This document shows positions 29,126 to 32,000 of a stretch of 32,000 nt of DNA, piece by piece (position 1 is the stretch's first letter; every line of letters starts with the position of its first letter). A model generated the notes under the pieces. It was not told the origin of the DNA, did no database searches, and was given only the letters and a program-made list of their open reading frames with translations. The position numbers and the translations under genes were made by a program. Origin of the DNA: Xylella taiwanensis (lineage in GTDB: Bacteria > Pseudomonadota > Gammaproteobacteria > Xanthomonadales > Xanthomonadaceae); contig NZ_CP053627.1 in assembly GCF_013177435.1 (NCBI RefSeq), positions 240,001 through 272,000 of the forward strand. Reading direction: 5' to 3'.

Positions 29126-30139
29126 CGCGTACCCGTCTGTTCTGCATCGCTTTGCTGATGATGATTGTTACTGTGTGTGCCGTCCGGGCTACACCTGCGC
29201 CGTTTGATGTGGTGGCGCGCTTCAAGGCGCTGTACACGCATGAGTGGAACTGACGCCAAGCTGAGTTTACCGGCGCCGGTGCGGAGGGTAGCTAGGCGCA
29301 GTGTGTTGATTACTTGCCAAAGGTAGATCTAGCCACGTAGAACATGCGCACCGTTTAATAGCAGCAGGTACTGGCTGAGTTAAAAACAATCGATCCGGTG
29401 CGGCTCTCATGTGAGGAGTAGGTCAACTACCAAGTCTATTGGTAGCAGATCGAGGTGTTTCTTGACTGCCAGCGCTTTCGCAGTTAGGAAATGCCTTTCA
29501 ATAGCGACACTGCGTTCCGGAGCGATCTGGGTTTCAGTGCTCGTGGCAGCTTTCGCACCCGTGAGCACTATCTTTGTTACTTGGGGGCCGACATGCCGCG
29601 TTACTTCAATAAGCAGATCGCTAACATGCGTAACGGGCTTGTACGGAGTTTTGCCCAACGCAGGGTAACGCTGGAAGGCTGAGATCAGATGATTGCTGAA
29701 GTCGCTGCTGCTGCTGGTGAGGACAACCTGTTCTACATCCCGTTCAAGCAGATGCCAGCGATGATTCCGATCGGGAAGCAGGCCCGGCTGCGTGCTCAGG
29801 CGCGCTAGGTGATCGCCGATCAGGTGGTGTCGGTTATGAGCAGCTGCTGGTATTCGTGACAACAGTGCACTGAGTGAGCCTAAGATCACGACTGAGGTCG
29901 GTCGTTACATTGCTTGGTCGGGAAAGGCACTGCCGTACTACCTTGGTGAGTTGAAGATCCTGGAGTTGCGCCATAAGTTTGAAGTTACGCTGGGCACGGA
30001 ATTCGACATTCGTCATTTCCATGATGCGGTGTTGTAGCTGGGTTCGGTGCCGTTGCCGGTGGTGGAGGCAAGGATTGATCGTTTCATTACCGATGGTGGT
30101 AAGTCTCCGTATCCGGACAGCGCTGCTGTGATGCATTAA
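29122..30139 (+). pseudogene. decayed tandem DUF885 paralog (in-frame stops, frameshifts, large internal deletion)
   Basis: The frame from GTG 29122 (overlapping the upstream stop, GTGA) reads a signal-like VTRTRLFCIALLMMIVTVCAVRA. DUF885-type sequence follows (...LAELKTIDPVRLSCEE*VNYQVY..., MPRYFNKQIANMRNGLVRSF, NLFYIPFKQMP) with 10 in-frame stops up to 29808. The frame changes near 29830 (YEQLLVFV, compare PAYETLAAFV in the intact copy). A jump at ~29865-29876 leads into the C-terminal block EPKITTEVGRYIAWSGKALPYYLGELKILELR...FDIRHFHDAVL*LGSVPLPVVEARIDRFI, ending with TAA at 30137-30139. About 280 codons are missing, including the HExxPGHH-type region. Confidence 0.78.
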
Positions 30140-30515
30140 GCCTGATCTGCAGTTAAGTGTTTGCTTGTACTGATTGTTGTTGATGGATCTGTCTCAAGGT
30201 GATCTGCATGCTGTTCCTGGTGGTGGCATTTTGATGATGTATCTGATGCAGGGCTGGGGTGCCGGTGCGAGGTGATGAGGTCTTGTTTGTTGCGATGATT
30301 GTGATGGGGTGCAGCGTGTTGGATGTGTCGCCATCGGTTTTGCTGTGGGGTTGCTTGAAGACTTCGTGCTTCACGTTACTTAAGTTTTAGCAAGCAGTAA
30401 AAATCATTCGGTGTTGCTGGTTGTCTGCAAGTCGTGATGGTGTTTTTGTTTTGAAATCTTTCGTATTGGTGCGGTCATGTCAGTTGTGCGCTGTACCAGG
30501 ATCTTGATTGAGTGA

Positions 30516-31730
<1,215 letters not shown>

Positions 31731-31852
31731 CTAAATTAGATGCCAGTTCTCATGGCATAATCGCAAGCTTATTGCCGCTGCGGCGGATCCAGAAAGTTGG
31801 GCATGTTTCCGTGTCCCGTCTACCAAATTTATGACCAGAGATGAAAATAACG

Positions 31853-32000
31853 ATGAACTTGCTTGATTTCTTCATTCCTGTTGCTCAGGCTCAGAGTGCG
31901 GCGCCGGCCGGTGCTTCACCCGGCGGGGGAATACAGATGTTTCTCTTGCCGGTCATTCTGATTGCGGTCATGTACTTTTCTATGATCCGTCCGCAGATGA
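31853..32000 (+). CDS. yajC: preprotein translocase subunit YajC (5' part; continues beyond the window)
   Basis: From ATG 31853 I translate MNLLDFFIPVAQAQSAAPAGASPGGGIQMFLLPVILIAVMYFSMIRPQM.... The TM helix plus the YF.MIRPQ motif is diagnostic of YajC, and the position immediately after tgt is the conserved synteny. It is absent from the ORF track because it runs off the end of the window. Confidence 0.85.
   Translation, partial: MNLLDFFIPVAQAQSAAPAGASPGGGIQMFLLPVILIAVMYFSMIRPQM

Noticed and set aside
29407-30136. Minus-strand ORFs of 160 aa and 100 aa.
   Set aside because: The plus strand here carries clear DUF885 family motifs (the pseudogene). The minus-strand ORFs are open only because the sense frame's complement happens to lack stops.

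Overview
This is a chromosomal, mostly housekeeping window from a gammaproteobacterium. Synteny (purC-dnaE-accA, rpe...trpE, trpGDC, tgt-yajC) and a by-eye GC content near 50% suggest a Xanthomonadales, Xylella-like genome; this is inference and is not verified. Intact genes, in order: DUF502 membrane protein(-), SAM methyltransferase(-), hemJ(+), accA(-), dnaE(-), purC(-), short DjlA-like J-domain protein(+), rpe(+), trpE(+), trpG(+), trpD(+), trpC(+), PgpC-like HAD-IB hydrolase(+), marR-family regulator(+), pstS(-), divergent OprO/P-family phosphate porin(+), tRNA-Ala(CGC)(-), small ORF plus M24 Xaa-Pro peptidase(+), DUF885 lipoprotein(+), tgt(+), yajC (5' part, runs off the window). I found no CRISPR array, rRNA, intact mobile element, or recognisable defence, toxin or secretion cluster, so I cannot support a claim of a novel multi-gene system here. 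Five things stand out. (1) Coding density is low: intact genes cover about 63% of the window by my own calls, and there are several 0.5-2.7 kb stop-riddled gaps. (2) There are three recognisable gene relics: an IS903-like IS5-family element that still has terminal inverted repeats, a second IS5-family transposase C-terminal remnant, and a tandem DUF885 paralog killed by many in-frame stops plus an internal deletion. (3) The position where gph normally sits between rpe and trpE is decayed. (4) The pstS/porin divergent promoter is highly ordered, with two opposed arrays of phased 11-bp PhoB-type half-sites. (5) The DjlA-like protein appears to lack the central domain. Many ORF-track entries are N-terminally over-extended; I trimmed accA, dnaE, rpe, pstS, porin, DUF885, tgt and trpE to homology- and RBS-supported starts.
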